Source of the DNA: Candidatus Nanopelagicaceae bacterium
GTDB taxonomy: Bacteria > Actinomycetota > Actinomycetes > Nanopelagicales > Nanopelagicaceae
DNA: 51,766 nt
NCBI GenBank assembly: GCA_963924835.1
Contig: CAWURN010000004.1
Coordinates: 1-51,766, forward strand
Direction of reading: 5' to 3'
Numbering within the stretch: position 1 is the stretch's first letter; every line of letters begins with the position of its first letter. Below the pieces are notes generated by a model. That model ran no database searches. It worked only from the letters and a program-made list of their open reading frames with translations, and was not told the origin of the DNA. Shown piece by piece: positions 1-9,186 of the stretch. The position numbers and the translations under genes are program-made.

Positions 1-2444
1 GAACTCTTCTCGACTCGATAAGTTGCATCAGATAAATTGACATCAATTGGTGCAATTTGAATTCCCCACTGCCGCGCTTCATCTAAAATCACGCGCTTTG
101 GATACATGCCCGGGTCGTGCGTTAAAACTCCAGCAAGGAATGCAGCGGTGTGATGGGTCTTTAACCAAGATGATTGATAAGTCGGAAGTGCGAATGCAGC
201 GGCATGCGCCTTGCAGAAACCAAACGATGCGAAGGCACGCAAGATTTCCCAGACTTCCGTAACAACAGTGCTGGTGTAACCACGAGCAAGTGCGGCTGGA
301 TAGAGCCAATCACAGACCGTTTGTTGGTTAGCGATATCGCCTAATTGGCGCCGCTTTTCATCGGCTTCGGCCAGAGATACCCCTGTCATTACCGAGATGA
401 TCCGAATTACCTGCTCGTGAAAAACAACTACGCCTTCGGTCTCAGACAAAATATCTTCGAGGTCGTCGTGAATTATTGGCCGAACCCGCAGGCCATGTCT
501 GGTTGCAAGAAATGGTGTGATCATGTCGCTCTTTACTGGGCCCGGTCTAAAGAGTGAGATATCAATAATTAAATCGTTAAAAGTTTCTGGTGCGAATTTT
601 CCGACAAGCTCGCGCTGTCCCGGACTTTCAATTTGAAATATACCTAAGGTGCGAGTGGATTTAATTAAATCAAAGGTGGCGTGATCATCTAAAACAATTG
701 CGTCGATATCAATTGGAGCGCCTTCAATCCGCTCAATCTCAGAGAGCGTATAAGAAATTGCTGATTGCATTCGAACACCAAGAACATCTAATTTCAATAA
801 GCCAATAGCTTCAACATCATCTTTATCGAACTGCACCATCGGGTATCCACTTGCATTCATCTGTTGTGGTGCGTAATTCCCCAGCCCTAAATCCGATAAC
901 ACAATTGCGCATGGATGCATCGATAAATGTCGGGGCAGCGAATCTAGGCGGCCAGCAAGTTCGATGGCCATCTTCAAAATTGGGGTGTTTAGATTTAAAT
1001 CTTTTAGCTCTGGCAAATTAGCCAGCGCTTTTGGAATATTGCTAGATCTAATGTGCGGCATTGATTTTGCAATTAAATCAATCTCCATCGGTGATATCCC
1101 AAGTGCGGCGCCGACATCGCGAATCGCATGGCGGGATCTATAAGTTTCAACCATCGAAACTGTCGCGCAACGTTGGCCATACTTTTCAAAGATTGCATCG
1201 TAGATTTCTAGCCGTCTTGCAGATTCAACATCGATATCGATGTCTGGCAGCTCGCCCCGAAGCGGCGAACAGAAACGTTCCATTAACAACCCGTGAGTTA
1301 TTGGCTCGACGCCAGATATCCCAAGCACATGGCAAATTAGTGAACCCGCGCCACTTCCCCGCGCTGCTACTCGAATCCCCTTGCTGCGTGCAAGATCGGT
1401 GATATCTGCAACTGTTAGAAAATAAGATTCATAACCAAGAGTTCTAATTGCACTTAACTCTTCCTCTAATCGACTTGCTGCAACAACTGATTTTGATCCG
1501 ATATATCTGCGAGATAAACCAACTTCACATCTAGAGCGCAATTGTGTTGCAAGCTCGCTGTGGTTCTTCGCTCCAAGCGCCGCGGCATCAGGTAAATGGA
1601 TAGCTCCAATACCAATATCTTTTCGTGGCGAAAGCACTGCTCGCTCTGCCCAGTCCTCGGTTGTATTTAACAACAATCGCCCATCGCGTTCGCCAGCAAG
1701 CCGTGAAATTTCATCAGCTAAATAGTGCATCTGTGAACTATCTTTAAAGTAAGCCTCACTATTCTGGCGACTTACGCTCTTGTTGCTTAGCGGAACTAAT
1801 TTACGTGCCGCATCCAACACATCAGCAATCGGCCCATCATCACGATCTAACATTCGTACCGCATTACTTAAAATTGCGGGTACCTGGTTATCTCTTGCAA
1901 AGCCCAGCATCCGAGCTGCATATGAGGTCGAAAATTGCCCATCGCCACGAGTCAAATGTGAAACACATTCCAGCCCTTGATCAGCAAACAATTCCTGCGT
2001 TGAGTTAAATATCGAAAGTGCTTCAGCACCTTTGCGAACAGCGATTGCTGATGCTAACTGTGACTCTGGCCCATGAAGTAGAAGTAAGTTTCTTGAATGT
2101 TGGCTAAAGCGTTCCAGCAGAGAATGGGTTAATAAGTTCTCGCTATTATCGCGATTTACCGCTGTTACTAATCTATAAAGTGAATCTAGATGTCCGCCTT
2201 GAGCAAGAAGTGTTATCCGATATTTCTTCTGCACAAAACTTAAATTGATACCAAGAATTGGCGCAATGCCATTGGCTTCACAGCTTTTAGTAAACCGAAT
2301 TACCCCAGCCATAGTGTTCATGTCAGTAAGTGCGAGCGCCGGCATTTCGAATTCAGCTGCGCGTTCTACTAATTGATTGGCATGGGCAGTTCCGTATTTA
2401 AATGAGTAACCACTAGCAACGCGTAGATGAGTAAAACGCTTCAT
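1..2444 (-). CDS. dnaE2: Error-prone DNA polymerase III alpha subunit (DnaE2-type), 3' end runs off the left window edge
   Basis: Manual translation from ATG at 2444 gives MKRFTHLRVASGYSFKYGTAH...PALALTD (PHP domain), ARGSGAGS, LPDIDIDVESARR (catalytic Asp motif, ~1250) and LLKLDVLG. Frame spot-checked as consistent at 2444, ~1250 and ~20. Absent from the ORF track because no stop lies in the window. SOS box upstream of the operon. Confidence 0.9.
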   Translation of the reverse strand, partial: MKRFTHLRVASGYSFKYGTAHANQLVERAAEFEMPALALTDMNTMAGVIRFTKSCEANGIAPILGINLSFVQKKYRITLLAQGGHLDSLYRLVTAVNRDNSENLLTHSLLERFSQHSRNLLLLHGPESQLASAIAVRKGAEALSIFNSTQELFADQGLECVSHLTRGDGQFSTSYAARMLGFARDNQVPAILSNAVRMLDRDDGPIADVLDAARKLVPLSNKSVSRQNSEAYFKDSSQMHYLADEISRLAGERDGRLLLNTTEDWAERAVLSPRKDIGIGAIHLPDAAALGAKNHSELATQLRSRCEVGLSRRYIGSKSVVAASRLEEELSAIRTLGYESYFLTVADITDLARSKGIRVAARGSGAGSLICHVLGISGVEPITHGLLMERFCSPLRGELPDIDIDVESARRLEIYDAIFEKYGQRCATVSMVETYRSRHAIRDVGAALGISPMEIDLIAKSMPHIRSSNIPKALANLPELKDLNLNTPILKMAIELAGRLDSLPRHLSMHPCAIVLSDLGLGNYAPQQMNASGYPMVQFDKDDVEAIGLLKLDVLGVRMQSAISYTLSEIERIEGAPIDIDAIVLDDHATFDLIKSTRTLGIFQIESPGQRELVGKFAPETFNDLIIDISLFRPGPVKSDMITPFLATRHGLRVRPIIHDDLEDILSETEGVVVFHEQVIRIISVMTGVSLAEADEKRRQLGDIANQQTVCDWLYPAALARGYTSTVVTEVWEILRAFASFGFCKAHAAAFALPTYQSSWLKTHHTAAFLAGVLTHDPGMYPKRVILDEARQWGIQIAPIDVNLSDATYRVEKS

Positions 2445-2457
2445 TTTCAAAAATGTT

Positions 2458-2787
2458 TTACAGCGGCCGAGATGTTGGGCGGATCAACCAAGTTTTTGTT
2501 ACTTCATCTAGTTCAATTTCAAAGGTTGTTAGTGCGCCTTCAGGTGCCGCTTCCACTCGCCAAATTGCACGAGCGCCATCATCGAAAATAGTTGACTCAG
2601 TTACGCGATTCTTGCCATCACTTATGCGATTCCACCAACCACCAGATTCGCGCCATCTGGAAACGATGGCATGAATATGAAACTTGCGGCCGTTATAGAT
2701 GAACTCAATAGGTTCACCTTCCGGGGCAAGCACTCGAGCACCGCTTGGTGAACTAGCGGGGACTGGGGTTATGGCTTCTTCGAACAT
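2458..2787 (-). CDS. DUF6504-like small protein (WRESGGWW...WRVEA) preceding dnaE2
   Basis: 109-aa ORF with a Trp-rich motif typical of proteins found next to actinobacterial mutasome genes; 13 bp from the dnaE2 start. Confidence 0.7.
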   Translation of the reverse strand: MFEEAITPVPASSPSGARVLAPEGEPIEFIYNGRKFHIHAIVSRWRESGGWWNRISDGKNRVTESTIFDDGARAIWRVEAAPEGALTTFEIELDEVTKTWLIRPTSRPL

Positions 2788-2796
2788 ATGTTCGAA
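2779..2796. promoter_or_regulatory. LexA (SOS) box
   Basis: Perfect 18-bp palindrome TTCGAACATATGTTCGAA matching the actinobacterial TCGAAC-N4-GTTCGA consensus; overlaps the ATG of the 2787 ORF. Confidence 0.92.
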
Positions 2797-2817
2797 AGAT
2801 AACCGCCTCCTCTGACA
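2796..2817 (-). promoter_or_regulatory. RecA-NDp/PafBC-type DNA-damage promoter
   Basis: Minus strand reads TGTCAG-aggaggcggt-TATCTT, i.e. TGTCRG-N10-TANNNT, ending 8 nt upstream of the ATG. Confidence 0.7.
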
Positions 2818-2874
2818 GGCGCAAGTAAGGTCTAGATTCGGAAATTCGGGCGTGGTTTATCTCGACACGCTACC

Positions 2875-2900
2875 TAATTAGTTGAAAGTTCAACCAATTA
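2875..2900. promoter_or_regulatory. Inverted-repeat operator upstream of doxX (MarR/RosR-like)
   Basis: TAATTAGTTGAA-AG-TTCAACCAATTA, 12-bp arms with one mismatch; core GTTGA-N4-TCAAC. Confidence 0.55.
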
Positions 2901-2958
2901 CCCATACCTTAGGCCCACAGAAAGAAAAAACTAGCAACACAACTAACAAAGGAAAACA

Positions 2959-3387
2959 ATGGATCTAATTCTCGTAATCGGCCGAATCCTATTTGGCGGC
3001 TTCTTCCTAATGTCAGGCATCAACCACTTCACAAAACTTGAAGCGATGACAGGTTATGCAAAATACAAGAAGCTTCCAGCAGCAAAGCTTGGTGTTCTTA
3101 TCTCAGGCCTAATGCTTGTAATCGGTGGTCTTTCAGTAATTCTCGGTTACTACGTAGATCTAGGTGCGCTACTTCTAGCAATCTTCCTAGTTCTAGCAGC
3201 GGTTATCTTTCACAATTTTTGGAAAGAAAGCGATGCGACTGCAAAGCAGAACGAGATGTTGGCTTTCATGAAGGACATCGCGCTTGCTGGTGCAGCTCTT
3301 ATCCTTTTTGCACTAGTTGTAAAGCACGGAACTGATCTTGATTTTGGATGGGCGCTTTCAGCGGAGAACATCTCGCTCTGGAAGTAA
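2959..3387 (+). CDS. DoxX family membrane protein
   Basis: GRILFGGFFLMSGINHF and FHNFW...FMKDIALAG motifs, four hydrophobic segments, SD AAAGGA. Confidence 0.88.
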   Translation: MDLILVIGRILFGGFFLMSGINHFTKLEAMTGYAKYKKLPAAKLGVLISGLMLVIGGLSVILGYYVDLGALLLAIFLVLAAVIFHNFWKESDATAKQNEMLAFMKDIALAGAALILFALVVKHGTDLDFGWALSAENISLWK

Positions 3388-3405
3388 TTAATAAGTAATT
3401 AAGTT

Positions 3406-3438
3406 AAAAGCCCTCGGCATAACAGTTGGGGGCTTTTT
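3406..3438 (+). terminator. Intrinsic terminator after doxX
   Basis: AAAAGCCCTCGGC-ATAACA-GTTGGGGGCTTTTT hairpin with U tract. Confidence 0.8.
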
Positions 3439-3466
3439 CGTTCCCATAAGTGGCACCATTAGCCGT

Positions 3467-4216
3467 ATGGAAATCGCGCTCGCCCTCATCGTAGGTGTGT
3501 TTATTGGCGCAGTACTTGGCTTTATCGGAGCTGGTGGCGCAATGCTCACAGTCCCAATCCTTATCTATCTATTTAATTTTACGCCGGTTCACGCAACCAC
3601 TGCCGCGCTCTTGGTTGTATTTCTTGCCGCCGCATTTGGCTTAGTCCCTAAAATAAAAGCCGGCGATGTACAAATTAAAATCGCCCTTTCAATCTGGTCG
3701 CTCGGTTTAATCACAAACCTTGGTGGCGCGATTGTTGCGAGGCACCTATCGGATGCCTTCATCATCACTGGATTTTCAATCATTTTAATTTTAGCTGGGC
3801 TTTCAATGCTTCGTGCGCCTATATCAGAACGTAGCGAAAAGAAGATCCCAATGATTGCCCTAGTTCCACTCTCTTTAATTATTGGTTCGATGACCGGAAT
3901 TTTCGGAATCGGAGGCGGCTTTCTTGCAATTCCGATCCTCGTAATTTTCTTTCACACTCCACAAATCAAAGCAGCGGGGACTTCGCTCTTTATTATTGCG
4001 ATTAACTGCCTAACAGCTCTCCTTGGGCGTCAATATTTATGGCACGAAATTGATTGGAAGATTCCGGTCATAATTTCAATTTCCGCAATAATTATTTCAA
4101 TCTTTGGCTCACACCACAGTTCGAAAGTTCCAACAGCGATACTTCGTAAATCCTTTGCTTACCTACTCTTTGCTATTGCAATGTTTTCGGTTGTAGAAAC
4201 CTGGTTTATTTCCTAA
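3467..4216 (+). CDS. Sulfite exporter TauE/SafE family protein
   Basis: Duplicated G(F/I)xGxGG motifs (GFIGAGG, GIFGIGGG), AAGTSL, highly hydrophobic. Confidence 0.88.
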   Translation: MEIALALIVGVFIGAVLGFIGAGGAMLTVPILIYLFNFTPVHATTAALLVVFLAAAFGLVPKIKAGDVQIKIALSIWSLGLITNLGGAIVARHLSDAFIITGFSIILILAGLSMLRAPISERSEKKIPMIALVPLSLIIGSMTGIFGIGGGFLAIPILVIFFHTPQIKAAGTSLFIIAINCLTALLGRQYLWHEIDWKIPVIISISAIIISIFGSHHSSKVPTAILRKSFAYLLFAIAMFSVVETWFIS

Positions 4217-4239
4217 CAGTCTGGCAATAGGATAACGGT

Positions 4240-4629
4240 ATGCCTTCAGTCTTATTTGTTTGTGTTCACAATGCCGGTCGATCCCAGATGGCCGCTGGTT
4301 TTATGACTGCGCTTTCTGGTGGAAAAGTAGAAGTTCTCTCAGCAGGTTCTGCGCCAAAGGATTCAATTAACCCAATAGCCGTCGAAGCCATGAATGAAGT
4401 TGGAATTGATATTGCGAATAACGTGCCAAAAGTGTTAACAACACAAGCGGTCCAGCAATCTGACGTAGTAATAACCATGGGATGTGGCGACACCTGCCCC
4501 TTCTTCCCAGGCAAACGATATGAAGACTGGGTTCTAGATGATCCAGCAGGTCAAGGAATTGAATCTGTCCGCGTAATCCGCGATGAAATTAAGAATCGAG
4601 TGGAAGCTTTACTCAAAGAAATAATCTAA
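4240..4629 (+). CDS. arsC: Arsenate reductase (LMW-PTPase fold)
   Basis: CVHNAGRSQMA active-site loop, MGCGDTCP resolving cysteines, DDP motif. Confidence 0.88.
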   Translation: MPSVLFVCVHNAGRSQMAAGFMTALSGGKVEVLSAGSAPKDSINPIAVEAMNEVGIDIANNVPKVLTTQAVQQSDVVITMGCGDTCPFFPGKRYEDWVLDDPAGQGIESVRVIRDEIKNRVEALLKEII

Positions 4630-4648
4630 CTTCATCTAAAGTAGCGCC

Positions 4649-5134
4649 ATGGAAAATGTTCTTCAAAACCCGTCCGTTCAACGCGTTTCCACAAAGTTAA
4701 AAGAACTCGGTATTGAAGGCGAAGTGCACGTTCTATCCGAAAGTGCCCGTACCGCCCAAGAGGCGGCAGATGCACTAGGAATTTTGGTTGGCCAAGTCGC
4801 ATCATCAATAGTTTTCAAGTTAGATGACGAATCACCTTTATTAGTAATAACAAGTGGTCGCCATCGTGTCGATACTAAATTAGTCGCTGAAAAACTTGGT
4901 GTTGCTAAGTTGCACCGCGTAGATGCCGATTATGTTAAAGAAAAATCAGGTTTCTCAATTGGTGGCGTATCCCCTGTTGGTTGGATTAATCCTGCAACAA
5001 TCTTGATCGATGAAGCGCTAAATGACTATGAAGTTGTGTGGGCCGCTGCTGGGCATCCACATTCGGTATACCCAACTACTTTTGATGAACTAATTGAAGC
5101 CACTGGTGCTAAACCAATGGTTGTTGGTGATTAA
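4649..5134 (+). CDS. YbaK/EbsC family aminoacyl-tRNA deacylase-like protein
   Basis: RTAQEAA, GFSIGGVSPVG and WAAAG motifs. Confidence 0.88.
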   Translation: MENVLQNPSVQRVSTKLKELGIEGEVHVLSESARTAQEAADALGILVGQVASSIVFKLDDESPLLVITSGRHRVDTKLVAEKLGVAKLHRVDADYVKEKSGFSIGGVSPVGWINPATILIDEALNDYEVVWAAAGHPHSVYPTTFDELIEATGAKPMVVGD

Positions 5135-5796
5135 TGATTGTCTTAGTTTATTTCTGGAAGATTAATCTGCGCTCACTCCCTATTGCAATTCTTCATATGG
5201 CTCTAGATCGGATAACTCTTAGTCGGAGTAAGAAAGTAACTTTCTTTAAATCTTTAGGATCTGGCAAAGGTGAAACTTTTACACCAAAAGATGCTGATGC
5301 AAAACGTTGGGGCTTGCTGGTTGTAATTGATTCGGCTGAAGTAGAAACCTTTGATGCATCCCCTTTGATATCGAATTGGCGAAAAATTTCTACTGCTGAA
5401 TATCGGGCTGTACTGCAACCAATTTCTTCTCACGGCATGTGGTCAAAGCGCAAACCATTTGATGAGAATCAAATTTCCAATTGGCAAGGTCCAATCGCTG
5501 CAATCACCCGTGCTCGAATTAAATGGGCCATGAATCAGAAGTTTTGGCGTGCGGTTCCGCCAGTAACTGTAAGTTTGAAATCATCGCCAGGATTACTAAG
5601 TGCGATTGGAATCGGTGAAGCACCTATTGGACTTCAGGGCACCTTCTCCAGGTGGGAATCTGGAGCGGCGCTCCGAACTTTCGCCTATCAAGGACAGGCG
5701 CATATTGCAGCGATTCAAGCAACCAAAGATCTAGATTGGTATGCCGAAGAACTCTTCGCTCGCTTTGCGATTATTGAAGAGCATGGTGGGTTCTAG
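5134..5796 (+). CDS. crtA: CrtA-like (spheroidene monooxygenase-like) carotenoid oxygenase
   Basis: FFKSLGSGKG, ITRARI, IGIGEAPIGLQGTFS, FAY..AH and WYAEELFARF motifs; carotenoid gene context. Confidence 0.75.
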   Translation: MIVLVYFWKINLRSLPIAILHMALDRITLSRSKKVTFFKSLGSGKGETFTPKDADAKRWGLLVVIDSAEVETFDASPLISNWRKISTAEYRAVLQPISSHGMWSKRKPFDENQISNWQGPIAAITRARIKWAMNQKFWRAVPPVTVSLKSSPGLLSAIGIGEAPIGLQGTFSRWESGAALRTFAYQGQAHIAAIQATKDLDWYAEELFARFAIIEEHGGF

Positions 5797-5820
5797 CTAT
5801 AAATAAGGCAGAATTGACCC

Positions 5821-6636
5821 ATGTCGATTCGCCAATATCGCCCAAGAAGTAATCGCCGTCAGGGTATTTCTGCGAATCAAAGTCTGGGACTTTATCTACT
5901 TCTGGCTTTTGCTATCGCATTGCAAATGAGTTATCCGCTAGTCAATGGTGACGCATTGCGCTATGTAACTATCTTTACTGTTATTACCGGTGCAATTCTC
6001 ATGCTGGCTCATTCATTTCTATCCTACGGTTTTCGCTACTTCGCCACATTTGGCACAGTCACTTTCGGTTTTGCTTTGATTGTCGAAATAATTGGAAGTA
6101 AAACAGGTTGGCCATTTGGAAGTTATATTTACGATGATTCACTGGGTTTAAAAATTGCGGGTGTTCCAGTAATCGTTCCCTTCGCTTGGATAATGATGTC
6201 GCACCCAGTTTTGATTGCCGCTCGTAAAACAATTCCTAGTTGGGCATTTATATATGGTGGCGCTGGACTTATGGTCTGGGATTTATTTCTTGATCCTCAA
6301 ATGGTCGCAGCCAATCGCTGGACTTGGGACGTAGTTGGACCACATGTTCCATTCCAACCAGAGATTCCACTTTCGAATACCGCAGGTTGGTTATTTGCAG
6401 GCATGGGGTTGATTGCGCTATTGAATTTAATTCTTCCTAAAGAGCGACGTAAATCTGGCGTCAACTCAACAATCCCCGATGTTTTCTTGGGTTGGACCTT
6501 GTTTTCCGGTGTGGTTGGCAATCTATTCTTCTTCGATCGCCCCGGGGTTGCATTGATCGGTGGAGTTGCCTTTGCGATTTGGATTGCGCCATATCTCTTT
6601 GTAATTTCATTTGGCAAGCCAGATTTATTAAAGTAA
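5821..6636 (+). CDS. cruF: CruF-like carotenoid 1',2'-hydratase (DUF422)
   Basis: E..G..TGWPFGSYxY, GVP..VPFAW, WDLFLDP and IPLSNxxGW motifs. Confidence 0.8.
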   Translation: MSIRQYRPRSNRRQGISANQSLGLYLLLAFAIALQMSYPLVNGDALRYVTIFTVITGAILMLAHSFLSYGFRYFATFGTVTFGFALIVEIIGSKTGWPFGSYIYDDSLGLKIAGVPVIVPFAWIMMSHPVLIAARKTIPSWAFIYGGAGLMVWDLFLDPQMVAANRWTWDVVGPHVPFQPEIPLSNTAGWLFAGMGLIALLNLILPKERRKSGVNSTIPDVFLGWTLFSGVVGNLFFFDRPGVALIGGVAFAIWIAPYLFVISFGKPDLLK

Positions 6637-7683
6637 ATGATTGAATTCTGGCTCTGTGCAATTGCGCTAATTATTACGGTCACGAATGTAATTAATATGC
6701 GGGTTGTAGGATTGAAAGGCGCGCAAAATGTCAGCGAAACTATTGATGTTCTAATTCCTATGCGCAACGAAGAAGAAAATGTCGAAGGTTGTCTTAAATC
6801 TGTAATGAACAGTGAATTACTAGAGGCAAGCCGTATTTTTGTTCTAGATGATGGATCAAGTGATTCAACTTCCCAACTCATTAGTCAATTTAAAGTTGAA
6901 AAGTTAAGTGGAACGCAGCCACCTACTGGCTGGCTCGGCAAAGTTTGGGCTTGTCACAATCTTGCTCAAGTAGGTTCTGGAAAATATTTAGTATTTTTAG
7001 ATGCTGATGTCCGCCTTCATCCTCATGCAATTGCATCTGCAATAACTAAAATGAATCAATTTGGTTGGGATTTCATCTCGCCTTATCCAAGACAGATTGC
7101 TGGTTCATTTCTTGAAAAGTTAATCCAACCACTACTGCAATGGTCCTGGCTTGCAAGTGTGCCGCTACGGATTGCGGAAAAGTTTCCGAACCGCTCTATG
7201 ACTATTGCAAATGGCCAATTCTTTGTTGTAAAACGTAGCGCATATGAAAAAACTGGTGGCCATGCCAAAATTGCTGGCGAAGTATTGGATGATCTGGAAC
7301 TCGCCAGACTATTAATTAGTCAAGGTTTGAAAGGCGGAGTCGCAGATGGAAGTTCAGTTGCAAGTTGTCGGATGTATAAAAACAATTCGCAATTAATCGA
7401 TGGCTACACCAAATCACTCTGGAAAGCTTTTGGCGGCCAATTCGGAACTCTCCTAGCCTTCATTCTGCTGTATTTCACAGGGATATCACCATATTTAGGA
7501 ATTGGTGCACCGGCTTTATTTATATTTCTCTCACGCGTTCTAGCCTCAATAAAGACGAAATCTAATCCGGCATTTGCCTTCCTGCATCCGATATCTATTC
7601 TGGTTCTGCTTTATTTGATTGTTTTGTCCTCAATACGAAAATCTCGTGGAACCTTGCAATGGCGGGGTCGGGCGATTTCCTAA
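6637..7683 (+). CDS. GT2 carotenoid glycosyltransferase (CruG/CrtQ-like)
   Basis: IPMRNEE, DDGSSD, GWLGKxWAC, FLDAD, ANGQF and VLDD motifs; directly follows cruF. Confidence 0.8.
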   Translation: MIEFWLCAIALIITVTNVINMRVVGLKGAQNVSETIDVLIPMRNEEENVEGCLKSVMNSELLEASRIFVLDDGSSDSTSQLISQFKVEKLSGTQPPTGWLGKVWACHNLAQVGSGKYLVFLDADVRLHPHAIASAITKMNQFGWDFISPYPRQIAGSFLEKLIQPLLQWSWLASVPLRIAEKFPNRSMTIANGQFFVVKRSAYEKTGGHAKIAGEVLDDLELARLLISQGLKGGVADGSSVASCRMYKNNSQLIDGYTKSLWKAFGGQFGTLLAFILLYFTGISPYLGIGAPALFIFLSRVLASIKTKSNPAFAFLHPISILVLLYLIVLSSIRKSRGTLQWRGRAIS

Positions 7684-9186
7684 ATGTCTAAGGTAATTGT
7701 TATTGGCGCCGGAATTGGTGGCATGTCTGCTGCTGCAAGATTGGCAAAAACTGGACACGAAGTCACTATCTTTGAAGGCAGCGATCGCACTGGCGGAAAA
7801 TGTCGAACTAAATGGATTGGTAAATACGCTTTTGATACTGGGCCATCACTGTTAACTCTGCCTGCAGTTTATCGTGATCTTTTCTTGAAGACTGGAAAAC
7901 GGATTGAACATATACTAAAAATTGATCCAGTCGATCCAGCTTTTGAATATAACTTTGCTGACAAAACCAGAATAACTTTTCCAAATCTTTCGCTAAAGGG
8001 CACCTGTGATTCGATCGAATCAGTATTAGGTAAAGAAGCGGGAAATCAATGGCATAACTTGATGCAGCGTGCTGAACATATGTGGGATGTTTCCAGAGGG
8101 CCATTTGTGGAATCTGAGTTGAAGTCAATTTCCAGATTGATTGCCAAAAAGGGGTTCCTCGGCAACTTAAAGGTAATTGCACCTTTAACATCACTTCGAA
8201 AGCTAACTGGCAAATATACGAGCAACCCATATCTCTCAAAGATCATCGATCGCTACGCAACATACTCTGGTTCAGACCCACGTAAAGTTCCGGCAGTCTT
8301 ACTTACAATCGCTTTTGTTGAATCTTCATTTGGTGCTTGGCACATCAAAGGTGGAATCGGCCAACTCTCGAATGCAATTGAGAACCGTTGCCTAGAACTA
8401 GGTGTTAAGTTTGAATTGAATACAACCGTCACCAAAATTACCACAAAGAATTCTGCTGCTTCTGGTGTTGAAGTTGATGGAAAGTTTTATCCCGCAGATT
8501 TCGTTGTTGCTAATGCCGATGCCGAACTTGTTTATAATAAATTATTAGATGGCAACGTGAAAGAAGCGTCACCAGAGCGAAAGAAATTAGCTAAAGCCAC
8601 TAAATCATTAGCCGGATTCTCGCTTCTATTAGGACTAGATAACAGCAAAATATCTGGACCTGCTCCAGTGATGCCACATCATTCGATCTACTTTCCAAAC
8701 GATTACGACGCCGAATTCGATGACATTTTCGTAAAGAAGATTCCAGTCACAGATCCAACAATTTATATTTGTGCACCAAATGATCCAGAAATGGTTAAAG
8801 GAAATAATCTTGAGGCTTGGTCAGTTCTAATCAACGCGCCAAGACATGAACCAGGTTCTGGCTGGGATTGGAATAACGGTTCAGAGTTGTATGCCGCAAG
8901 GATAATTGCAAAGTTAGATGAGTTGGGGCTAAGAGTTAGTGAACGGCTGGAAGTAATGGAGTTTCAAACTCCAGCAGATTTGGAAGAAGAAGTTAGTGCT
9001 CCTGGTGGCTCGATTTATGGAACTTCAAGTAATGGCGCACGTTCTGCATTTCTTCGTGCAAGTAATACCTCTCCTCTAAAGAATTTGTATTGTGTTGGTG
9101 GTTCGGCTCATCCCGGTGGCGGACTCCCCTTGGTTGGAATTAGCGCAGAAATTGTCGCTGAAGCAATTGGGAAAGCTAGCTTGTAA
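7684..9186 (+). CDS. CrtI-family carotenoid desaturase/oxidase (CrtD/CrtP-like)
   Basis: GAGIGG Rossmann motif, FDTGPS, C-terminal GGSAHPGGGLP; second CrtI paralog in the window. Confidence 0.8.
   Translation: MSKVIVIGAGIGGMSAAARLAKTGHEVTIFEGSDRTGGKCRTKWIGKYAFDTGPSLLTLPAVYRDLFLKTGKRIEHILKIDPVDPAFEYNFADKTRITFPNLSLKGTCDSIESVLGKEAGNQWHNLMQRAEHMWDVSRGPFVESELKSISRLIAKKGFLGNLKVIAPLTSLRKLTGKYTSNPYLSKIIDRYATYSGSDPRKVPAVLLTIAFVESSFGAWHIKGGIGQLSNAIENRCLELGVKFELNTTVTKITTKNSAASGVEVDGKFYPADFVVANADAELVYNKLLDGNVKEASPERKKLAKATKSLAGFSLLLGLDNSKISGPAPVMPHHSIYFPNDYDAEFDDIFVKKIPVTDPTIYICAPNDPEMVKGNNLEAWSVLINAPRHEPGSGWDWNNGSELYAARIIAKLDELGLRVSERLEVMEFQTPADLEEEVSAPGGSIYGTSSNGARSAFLRASNTSPLKNLYCVGGSAHPGGGLPLVGISAEIVAEAIGKASL

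Noticed and set aside
47-2008. Short plus-strand ORFs and the 79..309 minus-strand ORF in the track
   Set aside because: Shadow ORFs of dnaE2, which occupies 1-2444 on the minus strand.
6297-6881. 194-aa antisense ORF across cruF/GT2, and similar antisense ORFs throughout the window
   Set aside because: No recognisable motifs; expected antisense open frames of real genes.
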